From positions 609-64,608 of the forward strand of contig JBNKPX010000004.1 of assembly GCA_050295575.1 (NCBI GenBank): 64,000 nt of DNA, given 5' to 3'. The notes beneath the pieces were generated by a model that had not been told where the DNA came from, ran no database searches, and worked only from the letters and a program-made list of their open reading frames with translations. Within the stretch, counting starts at the first letter, position 1. Each line of letters starts with the position of its first letter. The DNA comes from Gammaproteobacteria bacterium (lineage in GTDB: Bacteria; Pseudomonadota; Gammaproteobacteria; GCA-001735895). Shown here piece after piece: positions 9,044 through 17,354 of the stretch. Made by a program: the position numbers and the translations under genes.

Positions 9044-9514
9044 GTGGGTAATAGTCGACGCCAGCAATTGATCAGAGCGCTTAAGTTTTCAGTGCTGCTG
9101 GCATCGATATTTATTGCTTTTGTATTTATTGATTTTTCTTTTAATCAGCCGAAATTAGATAAGGAATATCGTTTTGAGGTTCCTGATTTAATCGATAATC
9201 AACCAGTAATACTGAATCAGGGATCTATGATTATTGTTGTCGCTCATTATAATAGCGATATAAGTGATCAGTTCTCTGCAAAACCTGCAAGCGCATCGCG
9301 CATCGATTCAGCAGGGTATTTTGTGGCACTGGCTTATGGGACAGATTTAGGTTGCCCTGTTCAGCTGGCCGAGGATCATTTTAAAGAAAGCTGTAGCCAG
9401 GCTATGTATGATTTACTCGGACAATCATTAGATCAGAATTCTTTTAAGAATCTTGAAATACCTCATTACCGTTGGAATAAAAACTTTTCTGCTTTAACCA
9501 TTTATCAGGAGTAA
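9044..9514 (+). CDS. Membrane-anchored Rieske-fold-like protein lacking the 2Fe-2S ligands (hypothetical)
   Basis: GTG start. N-terminal SRRQQL plus a hydrophobic helix resembles a Rieske Tat-type anchor. GTDLGCPV and ESCSQAMYDLLG align by eye with CTHLGC and CPCHGS.YD, but the Cys/His cluster ligands are replaced. Confidence 0.45.
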   Translation: MGNSRRQQLIRALKFSVLLASIFIAFVFIDFSFNQPKLDKEYRFEVPDLIDNQPVILNQGSMIIVVAHYNSDISDQFSAKPASASRIDSAGYFVALAYGTDLGCPVQLAEDHFKESCSQAMYDLLGQSLDQNSFKNLEIPHYRWNKNFSALTIYQE

Positions 9515-9516
9515 CT

Positions 9517-9999
9517 ATGCCTTCATTTGATACCGTATCTGAAATTGATCATCACGAATTAAAGAATGCCATCGATCAGGCGAATCGTGAGATCGGAACA
9601 CGTTATGACTTTAAGGGTGCTAATGCAAAAATTGAGCTGAATGAAAAGGAAATCATGTTTCATGCTGAATCACGCTTCCAGTTGCAACAGATGTTTCCCG
9701 TGCTGTTATCTAAAATGGGCAAACGAGGACTTGATATTGAATGCCTGAAAACGGGAGATGTTGTTGAGGCGGCAAAATCTGCGCGTCAACCGATCTCAAT
9801 ACAGGAAGGTATAGATAAAGAGACAGCTAAAAAAATCGTCAAGCTGATTAAAGAATCCAAATTGAAAGTACAGGCTTCCATTCAGGGAGAGCAGGTGCGC
9901 ATTACCGGTAAAAGTCGAGATGATTTACAGCAGGCTATGAAGTTCATGAAGGACGGTAATCTGGGTATTCCACTTCAATTTACAAATTTTCGCGATTAA
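9517..9999 (+). CDS. yajQ: YajQ-family (UPF0234) nucleotide-binding protein
   Basis: MPSFDTVSEIDHHELKNAIDQANREIGTRYDFKG is the characteristic YajQ N-terminus. At 160 aa the length fits. Confidence 0.9.
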   Translation: MPSFDTVSEIDHHELKNAIDQANREIGTRYDFKGANAKIELNEKEIMFHAESRFQLQQMFPVLLSKMGKRGLDIECLKTGDVVEAAKSARQPISIQEGIDKETAKKIVKLIKESKLKVQASIQGEQVRITGKSRDDLQQAMKFMKDGNLGIPLQFTNFRD

Positions 10000-10004
10000 G
10001 GAAC

Positions 10005-10028
10005 CTCTGATTAATTCAGAGCTTTCTT
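10005..10028 (+). terminator. Putative rho-independent terminator after yajQ
   Basis: The ctctga/tcagag stem is followed by ctttctt. Confidence 0.4.
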
Positions 10029-10038
10029 AATTCACTCG

Positions 10039-10764
10039 CTACGACCCAAGGTATACATCGAAGCGGATGGTTTTTTCCCGATAACTGATATCCGGCTTCA
10101 GGTCGTCAAGAAAAGGCGCATGCAGGGGGCGTTTAACCACCACTCGCTGAGCGCCTTTTTTGAGAGCCAACTGGAAGGTTTGCTCAATCGACTGATTTTC
10201 TGTAATGCGCTGTAAAAGCTGTAAATCTTTACCGGGTCTGGCGCTGGATTTATGTGCCGGGAACATTGGGTCGAGGTAAAAGCAATCGACCTCATCAATA
10301 GTCTCCTGTTTCAGATAGGTATAGCTGTCTGCCAGTTTTAATGACATTTGCTGGAATATCGGCTGATTACTTTCCTCCTGGGCAGATTTAAGCAGATAGT
10401 TGAGACAATGGTATACCAGTGGGTTATGTTCCAGCATCTGGATATGTCGACCCTGATGAGCGAGCAGATAGCTATCCTTACCCCATCCAGCAGTCAGATC
10501 AGTAATACTTCTAATCGTATTTTTTTTATTGCTGCAGGCCTTAAGCAGCCCCTGTTTTTTTTGCTGTGCTCGTTTTTGTAACCTGGTGTCGAGAAATGAA
10601 TGGGTGAAACAGGCGTTTTGATTGTTTAACTCACTACATAAGGTAATAGCGCAATCGTCAACCTGAATCCGGTATTCCTGATCCAGGGCTATCGACTTCA
10701 GGTTTTCTACCAGTTCCCTTGCGTAGGTTTTGTAATAATGAGCCTGATTAGAAATCTTTATCAT
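10039..10764 (-). CDS. rsmJ: 16S rRNA (guanine1516-N2)-methyltransferase RsmJ
   Basis: DLTAGWGKDSYLLA, YLDPMFP, RVVVKRP and RFDVY match remembered RsmJ (YhiQ) signatures. I chose the ATG at 10764, which lies 10 nt after the slyX stop, over the longer track ORF. Confidence 0.85.
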   Translation of the reverse strand: MIKISNQAHYYKTYARELVENLKSIALDQEYRIQVDDCAITLCSELNNQNACFTHSFLDTRLQKRAQQKKQGLLKACSNKKNTIRSITDLTAGWGKDSYLLAHQGRHIQMLEHNPLVYHCLNYLLKSAQEESNQPIFQQMSLKLADSYTYLKQETIDEVDCFYLDPMFPAHKSSARPGKDLQLLQRITENQSIEQTFQLALKKGAQRVVVKRPLHAPFLDDLKPDISYREKTIRFDVYLGS

Positions 10765-10774
10765 GGTATCAGGG

Positions 10775-10996
10775 TTAATAATGCGGAGGTCTTTCGTCGG
10801 TAGGGGCTTCGTTCTCTGGTACCATTTTCTTAACTTCTGTAAGTTGTAGCTTAAGCAATTCAATCTGCTGCTGTAGCAGGCTAATATCTTTATCCTGTCG
10901 AGTAATCACCGTATTGAGTGCTTCAATGGTATATTCCTGTTCAGAAAACATGATCTCTAGCTTACTAATGCGGGTGTTGTGATCGGTTGTGGTCAT
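10775..10996 (-). CDS. slyX: SlyX family protein
   Basis: Short coiled-coil protein: ISKLEIMFSEQEYTIEALNTVITRQDKDISLLQQQIELLKLQL. I preferred the internal ATG at 10996. Confidence 0.8.
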   Translation of the reverse strand: MTTTDHNTRISKLEIMFSEQEYTIEALNTVITRQDKDISLLQQQIELLKLQLTEVKKMVPENEAPTDERPPHY

Positions 10997-11097
10997 AAAG
11001 GGGTCTATCTGAAATAATGATTGATGCGGAGCATAACATCCGTAGCTCTGAAAAAATTTTAATTTTAACAAAGAAGGTTTGGTTTCGTCTTATAGTG

Positions 11098-11412
11098 ATG
11101 CAGGAATTACTGTATATTTTTATTCTGCTTGGCGTGCTCTGGTTGTGGCGAGACAGCAGTAATGCGCGTGAAAAGGCAACCTCTGCAGCACGAGCTGCCT
11201 GCAAGCAGATCAATGCACAGTTTCTGGACGAAACTGTCATGATGGTAAAGCTTCGTTTATGTCGCAGGAATACAGGAACTATGGCATTATGCAGATTGTA
11301 TAACTTTGATTTCACGCTGGATGGGTCACAACGTAGGTCTGGTGTTATACGAATGAAGGCGCAGATCATTGAAGAGCTATTGCTCGATATAGATCAGGCT
11401 ACCGCATTATAA
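11098..11412 (+). CDS. DUF3301-like small membrane protein
   Basis: MQELLYIFILLGVLWLWRDSSNAREKA is a TM helix followed by a basic region. I chose the ATG at 11098. Confidence 0.55.
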   Translation: MQELLYIFILLGVLWLWRDSSNAREKATSAARAACKQINAQFLDETVMMVKLRLCRRNTGTMALCRLYNFDFTLDGSQRRSGVIRMKAQIIEELLLDIDQATAL

Positions 11413-11437
11413 TAGATACAACAGTTTGAGGGTTACA

Positions 11438-11941
11438 ATGTCAGAATCTCAGATTCATACAATTAAAGAAGTTGCGCAGAAGCTTTCGAAAGAAAACGAC
11501 CGTAGAGTGCGAGTAACACATACCATTAATGAGTTACTCACCGAGCGTCAACAGGTACTTACCTGTTACTGTGAGCTTGCTGCCCTGGAAGCTTCCGGCT
11601 CCCCGCTGCAGTCCATACTGACTAAATTGAAAAGATTCAACCAGATGCTGGTCGATTATGCCGCTCTGGGGCATTTTGAGATATATCAACGGATTATGGA
11701 TGGCAAGGAACGTCGTGGTTCAATAAAAGCTATTGCTAACGAAACTTATCCGACCATAGTCAGGACAACCGATAATTTTGTTGAATTTAATGACAAGTAT
11801 GACGGCGCCGATGACGCAGACAGCATTATCCCTTTGCAGGATGATTTATCCCTGATCGGTGAAGCAATGGCTTCACGTATTGAGAAAGAAGATAAGTTGC
11901 TCAGAGAAATGGGTAACCAGATTCTATTTCGCAATAACTAG
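11438..11941 (+). CDS. rsd: Rsd/AlgQ family anti-sigma-70 regulator
   Basis: LVDYAALGHFEIYQRI and EDKLL resemble E. coli Rsd (LVDYLSAGHFSIYERI). Confidence 0.8.
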   Translation: MSESQIHTIKEVAQKLSKENDRRVRVTHTINELLTERQQVLTCYCELAALEASGSPLQSILTKLKRFNQMLVDYAALGHFEIYQRIMDGKERRGSIKAIANETYPTIVRTTDNFVEFNDKYDGADDADSIIPLQDDLSLIGEAMASRIEKEDKLLREMGNQILFRNN

Positions 11942-11973
11942 CCCAATGTAGCCCTTTATAAAGAGGTAAGGGC

Positions 11974-12348
11974 TTAGTGTTTAATTGCTGCTATCATCCA
12001 GCAGCACCAGCCAGTAAGAAAGGCTAGCCCTCCAAAGGGCGTTACGATCCCCAGCCAGCTCTGCCCAGAAAGAACCAGGGCATACAGACTGCCACAAAAT
12101 AAAATAATCCCGAGAATGAGACTGCCAGCGGCAGTCTTTATCCATCTGGTTATAGGTTTTTGTTCTGTCCATAATCCCAGTCCGATCAATCCAAGTGCGT
12201 GATAGACCTGATATTGCGCTGCGGTTTTCCAGGTCTGTAATAGATGTTCTGATATTTTGCTCTCTAAGCCATGTGCACCGAAAGCACCAAGAGCCACGGC
12301 ACAAAGCATGAAAAACGAGCCAGAGATGAGGAATAGGCGGGAGTTCAT
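11974..12348 (-). CDS. DUF423 (YgdD-like) membrane protein
   Basis: Four-TM 124-aa protein with the GAFGAHGL motif. Confidence 0.75.
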   Translation of the reverse strand: MNSRLFLISGSFFMLCAVALGAFGAHGLESKISEHLLQTWKTAAQYQVYHALGLIGLGLWTEQKPITRWIKTAAGSLILGIILFCGSLYALVLSGQSWLGIVTPFGGLAFLTGWCCWMIAAIKH

Positions 12349-13337
12349 AGGTATATTGATTGTATATGGCCTGCCTGATCTAGTGTTTCATCAAGGTAAG
12401 CACGCATGTTAGCAAAAGTACCATCGACTAGCCTTTGACGGGCTTCTACAGCACCCCAGGCATTATGCGGAGTGATGATAAGATTAGGCAGCTGGGCCTG
12501 GATGATGGGGTTAGCCGGGGAGGGCGGCTCCTGTTCTATGCTATCCATAGCAGCTCCAGCAATCTGGCCATTTTTTAATGCGTCGATCAAGTCGATTTCA
12601 TTCACTATTCCACCACGTGCAGTATTGATCAAGATGGCAGAGTCTTTCATCCATTCTAATTGTTGCGCAGAAATCAGGTTCCTGCTCAGCTCAGTCAAAG
12701 GGCAATGCAAGCTGACAATGTCAGATTGCATTAATAGCTTTTTTAATGGAAGCCGGTTTGATGGATGCGGTTGAGAAGAGGCCAGGCTTTGGGCAATGAG
12801 TACCTTCATATCAAAGGCCATGGCAATCTTTTCAACGGCTTTGGCAATGTGCCCATAGCCTACCAGCCCGATAGTCTTGCCCTTCAATTCCCTGATAGGG
12901 TGGTTCAACAGGCAGAATTGGTCCTGCGACTGCCATTTCCCCTGTCTGATGTCTGCCTGATAGTCTAGAAATCGGGTGTATAAAGCCAGGATTAGCATTA
13001 ATACATGCTGGCTGACTGCAGCAGCTGAGTAATCTTTTACATTACAGACCTTGATACCCAGTCTATTAGCGACGCCAATATCAATATTATTGGTGCCGGT
13101 CGCGATTACGCAGATCAACTTCAGTTTGGATAGCTGGCTTAGAATGTCCTCATCCAGCCTGACCTTGTTCACAATAACAATTTCAGCATTCCTTGTACGT
13201 TCAACGATCTGATCCCGGGGACATTGGTCATAAGCCTTATATAAGGTTAAGTCCTCAATGGCTGAAAAATCCAGATCATCCAGATCGATACTTAATCGAT
13301 CCAGAAAAACGCAGTTGGCACGATGTGTCTCAGTCAT
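12345..13337 (-). CDS. D-isomer-specific 2-hydroxyacid dehydrogenase (glycerate dehydrogenase-like)
   Basis: NAD fold GKTIGLVGYGHIAKAV, plus the catalytic-region motifs NTARGGIVNE and TPHNAW. Confidence 0.85.
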   Translation of the reverse strand: MTETHRANCVFLDRLSIDLDDLDFSAIEDLTLYKAYDQCPRDQIVERTRNAEIVIVNKVRLDEDILSQLSKLKLICVIATGTNNIDIGVANRLGIKVCNVKDYSAAAVSQHVLMLILALYTRFLDYQADIRQGKWQSQDQFCLLNHPIRELKGKTIGLVGYGHIAKAVEKIAMAFDMKVLIAQSLASSQPHPSNRLPLKKLLMQSDIVSLHCPLTELSRNLISAQQLEWMKDSAILINTARGGIVNEIDLIDALKNGQIAGAAMDSIEQEPPSPANPIIQAQLPNLIITPHNAWGAVEARQRLVDGTFANMRAYLDETLDQAGHIQSIYL

Positions 13338-13349
13338 GCGAAGCCTGGA

Positions 13350-14153
13350 CTACTTCGGGTTAAATTCGACCGTAGACTTTTCATGCAGTGCTTTCAGCAT
13401 AGAACGGATACTTTCAGCAGCCAGGGCATTGCTCAGCTGATCTTTCACTGTTTCAAAAGCGGGAGCTTCGATTTTCCGAGTTTCTTTCAACAGGATGACA
13501 TGCCATCCAAACTGGGTCTGGACAGGATCGGCAGAATAACTGCCAGGCTTTAACTTGCTGGCCGCTTCGAAAAAAGGTGCGACCATATCACCAGACTTGA
13601 ACCAGCCAAGAGCTCCACCGTTTTTACCACTAGGGCCGGTAGATTTTTCTTTTGCCAGCGCTTCAAAATCGCCGCCTTTATCCAGTTGTTTGATCAAGTC
13701 TCTGGCTTCTTCCTCGGTTTTTAGCAGAATATGATTCGCGTTATATTCTAGCCCCTGCTCACCTGACTCATACTCCTGCTTATAACGTTTTTGCAACTGA
13801 TCATCGGTTATCTCAAGCTTATTCAGGTAATTGTTCAGGTAATGAGATGCGATCAGGCCCTGGGTGTTGCGTTTAATTTCCAGAGTCAGGACCTCATCCT
13901 TCATTAGTCCTTCATTCTTCGCTGCCTGTGTCAGTAACTCAACATTGACCATTTCCATCAAGGCCTGTTGTGGTGTGACCTGCTTCTGCTGGCGCTCGAT
14001 AAAGTGCTTCACCTCCTGCATGGTGATATCGACACCATTCACACGGGCCATTACCGGGTTTTCAGCTTGGGTATCTGTTGCGGCGAAGCTTGCGCCGTAA
14101 TAGCAGATGGACAGGATAGTTAAACAATGCAGAATTCGTTTCATAGGAGTCAC
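13350..14153 (-). CDS. Periplasmic parvulin-type peptidyl-prolyl isomerase
   Basis: Signal peptide, followed by the PpiC motifs ANHILL...GGALGWF...FGWHVILL. Confidence 0.85.
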   Translation of the reverse strand: MTPMKRILHCLTILSICYYGASFAATDTQAENPVMARVNGVDITMQEVKHFIERQQKQVTPQQALMEMVNVELLTQAAKNEGLMKDEVLTLEIKRNTQGLIASHYLNNYLNKLEITDDQLQKRYKQEYESGEQGLEYNANHILLKTEEEARDLIKQLDKGGDFEALAKEKSTGPSGKNGGALGWFKSGDMVAPFFEAASKLKPGSYSADPVQTQFGWHVILLKETRKIEAPAFETVKDQLSNALAAESIRSMLKALHEKSTVEFNPK

Positions 14154-14203
14154 TTATAGTTCACTTAATTATGGGGGTTAATAGATGAGGTATTTAAATA
14201 GGT

Positions 14204-14503
14204 TCAGGGTAAGACCTTTATATAAGGTCTCACCTCAACTGATTGATACACAGAAGCTTTGATATAAGGATCATCGTTTGCCCATGCCTGGGCCTGCTCC
14301 AATGAATCAAATTCAGCAATAATGATGCTACCGCTAAAACCCGCCTCACCCGGGTCAGCGCTGTCTATAGCGGGATTCGGTCCGGCCAGGATCAGGCGGC
14401 CTTCTGCCTTCAGTGCCTGAAGGCGGGCGACGTGCTCAGGGCGAGCGGCCATTCTGATCTGCAGGCTATTGGGTACATCGATGCCAACAATACTGTATAA
14501 CAT
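14204..14503 (-). CDS. yciI: YciI family protein
   Basis: 99 aa. RPEHVARLQALKAEGRLILAGP is a typical YciI-like pattern, and the gene lies next to yciB. Confidence 0.8.
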   Translation of the reverse strand: MLYSIVGIDVPNSLQIRMAARPEHVARLQALKAEGRLILAGPNPAIDSADPGEAGFSGSIIIAEFDSLEQAQAWANDDPYIKASVYQSVEVRPYIKVLP

Positions 14504-14507
14504 GGTG

Positions 14508-15155
14508 TCAGGTATCCTCTTTCTCTGTGGTTTTGTTTATGGCTTCACTGGGAATAAACCGAGCCAGGTAAAATGCCTGCCCGATAACAAATAACAGGGT
14601 TAAGCCCATTAATCCGAATAATTTGAAATCTACCCAGATCTCTTCGCTGAAATTGAAGGCGACAATCAGATTGGCAATGCCCGAAAAGATAAAGAAGGTT
14701 ACCCAGGCCAGATTAAGGCGTTTCCACACCGAGCTATCATCGATCTCCAGAGCATGGCTCATCATGCGCTGTACCAGAGGCTTCTCTCCGATAAACTGAC
14801 TGCCCAGAAAAACGATAGCAAATAGCCAGTTAATGGCAGTAGGTTTCCACTTAATAAATACGGGGTCTTTTAAAAGGAGTGTTGCACCACCAAATACCAC
14901 CAGTAAAACCAGGGTGATGATATGCATCTTTTCGACACGCTTGCTAATCAATGCAGTGAAAGCAACCTGCAGGGCTGTTGCGATTATTGCGGTGAGTGTG
15001 GCGAGATAGATGGCATGCTTAGCCTCCCCGGGCTGAATCTGCATGAAAGGGAACATTGCATTTACCGACAGGATTAATTCATCGGGCAAATCCAGGAAAA
15101 ATTTATAGATAATAAAAAACAGTAGAATAGGGAAAAAATCGAAAAGTTGTTTCAT
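14508..15155 (-). CDS. yciB: Intracellular septation protein A (YciB)
   Basis: MKQLFDFFPILLFFIIYKF is the canonical YciB N-terminus. Polytopic membrane protein. I chose the ATG at 15155. Confidence 0.85.
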   Translation of the reverse strand: MKQLFDFFPILLFFIIYKFFLDLPDELILSVNAMFPFMQIQPGEAKHAIYLATLTAIIATALQVAFTALISKRVEKMHIITLVLLVVFGGATLLLKDPVFIKWKPTAINWLFAIVFLGSQFIGEKPLVQRMMSHALEIDDSSVWKRLNLAWVTFFIFSGIANLIVAFNFSEEIWVDFKLFGLMGLTLLFVIGQAFYLARFIPSEAINKTTEKEDT

Positions 15156-15497
15156 GCAAGTCAGGCTGTCAATAAGGAGGGCGAAGCATATCACAAAATT
15201 TATCGATGATAGATTACAGAGTGTTGCATGATTATCACTTCAAATATTTCTACCGCTTTTTTGCATAAAAATTACCATGAGGGTGGGTTATTGAAGTATG
15301 TGGGTAGTTTTTTTTATCAATATAAAATGAATAAGGTGTTGTATAAATGCATACGGCTTTAGCCGTTATAATCGAATTTCTTCCCAATTCATGGAGATTG
15401 GTTGCAAAATAACAACGAAAAAAAGGGTAAACTTGCGCTGGAACGAAATAAAATGGAGCCAGGTCACAAAAAATGTTGTTTTTTTGTATCTTAGGTG

Positions 15498-15525
15498 TTG
15501 CAAAAAACAAATCATTGTGTATCAT
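15498..15525 (+). promoter_or_regulatory. Candidate sigma70 promoter for the porin gene
   Basis: TTGCAA, a 16-nt spacer, then TATCAT. A TTGGTA-TTCG-TACCAA hairpin follows in the 5' UTR at 15538-15553. Confidence 0.3.
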
Positions 15526-15604
15526 CCTGCCTGTCGATTGGTATTCGTACCAACACGAAAGTAAATTAATTTATTTTTTAAAACATAATTATTGAGGGTA
15601 TCTC

Positions 15605-16483
15605 ATGAAAAAATTAGTAATCGCTTCTGCAGTAGCCGCAGCTTTAGCTTCAGGTTCTGTATTCGCAGAAAACACTGTTTACGGTAAAGTTGGTCTGTCT
15701 ATCGATCTGGCAACTAAAACTACTGGTGATGTGAAATCTAAAAGTGTTTCTAACGTGTCTTCACGTTTTGGTTTCAAAGGTAAAGAAGATCTGGGCAACG
15801 GTATGTCTTCTTTCTACCGTTATGAAGCTGGTACTAGTGATGAGCAAGGTGATGCAACTGGCACTCGTCTGTTATACGCTGGTCTGGAAGGCGATTTCGG
15901 TCAAGTAGGTGTTGGTAGTCAGTGGACTCCTACCTATACTCTGGTACGTAGCGCTCATGATCCTTTCAACTCTATTGGTGGTAACCTTGCTGGTGGTAAC
16001 TTCGCTGCTGGATTCCGTACATCTGATGCTATCTGGTACCTGAATTCTTTCGGTGACGTAACTTTTGCTGCAGCTTTAGTAGCTGATGAAGCTAGTGATA
16101 AAATCAATGATGCTACTGACGTTGCTGTTTCTGTACCAGTTGGTCCAGTTACTATCGGTGTTGCATTTCAACAAACCGATGCAGAGCGCACTTATTCTGA
16201 TGGTAACACCGGTGATTCACAGTCTGCTGTAAATATTGGCTATAAGGCTGATGACTTATCTGTAAATCTTGGTGTTTTCATGACTGATATGGAAGACGAC
16301 TGGACAGTTGTTACTGCTTCTTACATGGGCTTCACAGCTCAGTTCGAAGACAATGGTACTGACAACCAGACTAGCCTGGGTTACACTCATAAAATGGGTA
16401 AGCAAACTTCAGTATTTGTTGAAACCACTGCTGGTGACATCGCTTCAGATGAAACCAATGTTGGTATCGTAGTAACATTCTAA
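15605..16483 (+). CDS. Outer-membrane porin (Gram-negative porin family)
   Basis: Signal peptide ending VFA-EN. YGKVGLS start, acidic and Gly-rich strands, and a C-terminal ...VGIVVTF ending in Phe. Confidence 0.75.
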   Translation: MKKLVIASAVAAALASGSVFAENTVYGKVGLSIDLATKTTGDVKSKSVSNVSSRFGFKGKEDLGNGMSSFYRYEAGTSDEQGDATGTRLLYAGLEGDFGQVGVGSQWTPTYTLVRSAHDPFNSIGGNLAGGNFAAGFRTSDAIWYLNSFGDVTFAAALVADEASDKINDATDVAVSVPVGPVTIGVAFQQTDAERTYSDGNTGDSQSAVNIGYKADDLSVNLGVFMTDMEDDWTVVTASYMGFTAQFEDNGTDNQTSLGYTHKMGKQTSVFVETTAGDIASDETNVGIVVTF

Positions 16484-16512
16484 TCGGAAATATCACGATA
16501 TTTTTGTTACAG

Positions 16513-16539
16513 AAAGGGTGCCTTCGGGCACCCTTTTTT
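16513..16539 (+). terminator. Rho-independent terminator after the porin gene
   Basis: GGGTGCC-TTCG-GGCACCC stem-loop followed by TTTTTT. Confidence 0.85.
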
Positions 16540-16565
16540 GTGCTTCACTCTTTGATTTATAGACC

Positions 16566-17189
16566 ATGGCTCAATTCTTCGAAATACATCCTGATAATCC
16601 CCAAAAACGCTTAATCCAGCAGGCGGTGCGTATTATCGACGACGGTGGTCTGATTGTGTATCCTACAGATTCAAGCTATGCATTGGGCTGTCATATCGGC
16701 GATAAATCAGCCATGGAGCGGATGCAGCGCCTGCGCAAGCTGGATAATAAGCACCATTTCACGTTGGTATGCAGTGACCTGTCCGAGATCGGTACCTATG
16801 CCAAGGTTGATAATTCTTCCTATCGATTGATGAAAACCCTGGCCCCTGGTCCTTATACCTTTTTACTCAAGGCAACCTCTGAGGTGCCGCGTCGCCTGAT
16901 GAACCCAAAACGCAAGACTATTGGTGTGAGAGTACCTGATAACAATATTACCCGAGCAATCCTTGAGGAGCTTGGCCAGCCCATCATGAGCAGTACCCTG
17001 ATTCTTCCGGGTAAAAGCGTAGCGATGGATGATGCAGAAGCGATACGAGAGCAGTTTCAACACGAGATCGATCTGGTTATCGATGGCGGTGCCTGCGGTA
17101 TCGAGCCAACTACGGTGATCAACCTGATCGATGGCAATCCCGAGGTTTTAAGGTATGGCAAGGGCGATGCCGAATTCCTGGATTATTAG
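16566..17189 (+). CDS. yciO: YciO / Sua5-YrdC family protein (threonylcarbamoyl-AMP synthase-like)
   Basis: Motifs PTDSSYALGC, FTLVCSDLSE and IGVRVPD. 207 aa. Confidence 0.85.
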   Translation: MAQFFEIHPDNPQKRLIQQAVRIIDDGGLIVYPTDSSYALGCHIGDKSAMERMQRLRKLDNKHHFTLVCSDLSEIGTYAKVDNSSYRLMKTLAPGPYTFLLKATSEVPRRLMNPKRKTIGVRVPDNNITRAILEELGQPIMSSTLILPGKSVAMDDAEAIREQFQHEIDLVIDGGACGIEPTTVINLIDGNPEVLRYGKGDAEFLDY

Positions 17190-17206
17190 TTTTCCGTAAA
17201 GAAATT

Positions 17207-17287
17207 TTAACCACGAAGCACACGAAGGGCACGAAGAGTGTAAAGGTATTCTTTTTTCTTCATGATCTTCGTGTGCTTCGTGGTTAA
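17207..17287. repeat. Long inverted repeat made of 9-bp iterated cacgaag units
   Basis: ttaaccacgaagcacacgaag (17207-17227) is perfectly complementary to cttcgtgtgcttcgtggttaa (17267-17287). The cacgaag unit occurs 3 times at a 9-bp period in each arm. The loop contains a T-run. Confidence 0.8.
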
Positions 17288-17354
17288 TAATTATTTAAAC
17301 CATTCTCCTGTAGTTGAGAGTCGATCTTTCCCCTCGACATGCTTATAATGCCGG

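Noticed and set aside
15250-15525. 91-aa minus-strand ORF in the yciB-porin intergenic region.
   Set aside because: It has an aberrant composition rich in Phe, Tyr, Asn and Lys in an AT-rich promoter region, no RBS and no motif. The region more plausibly holds the porin promoter and 5' UTR.
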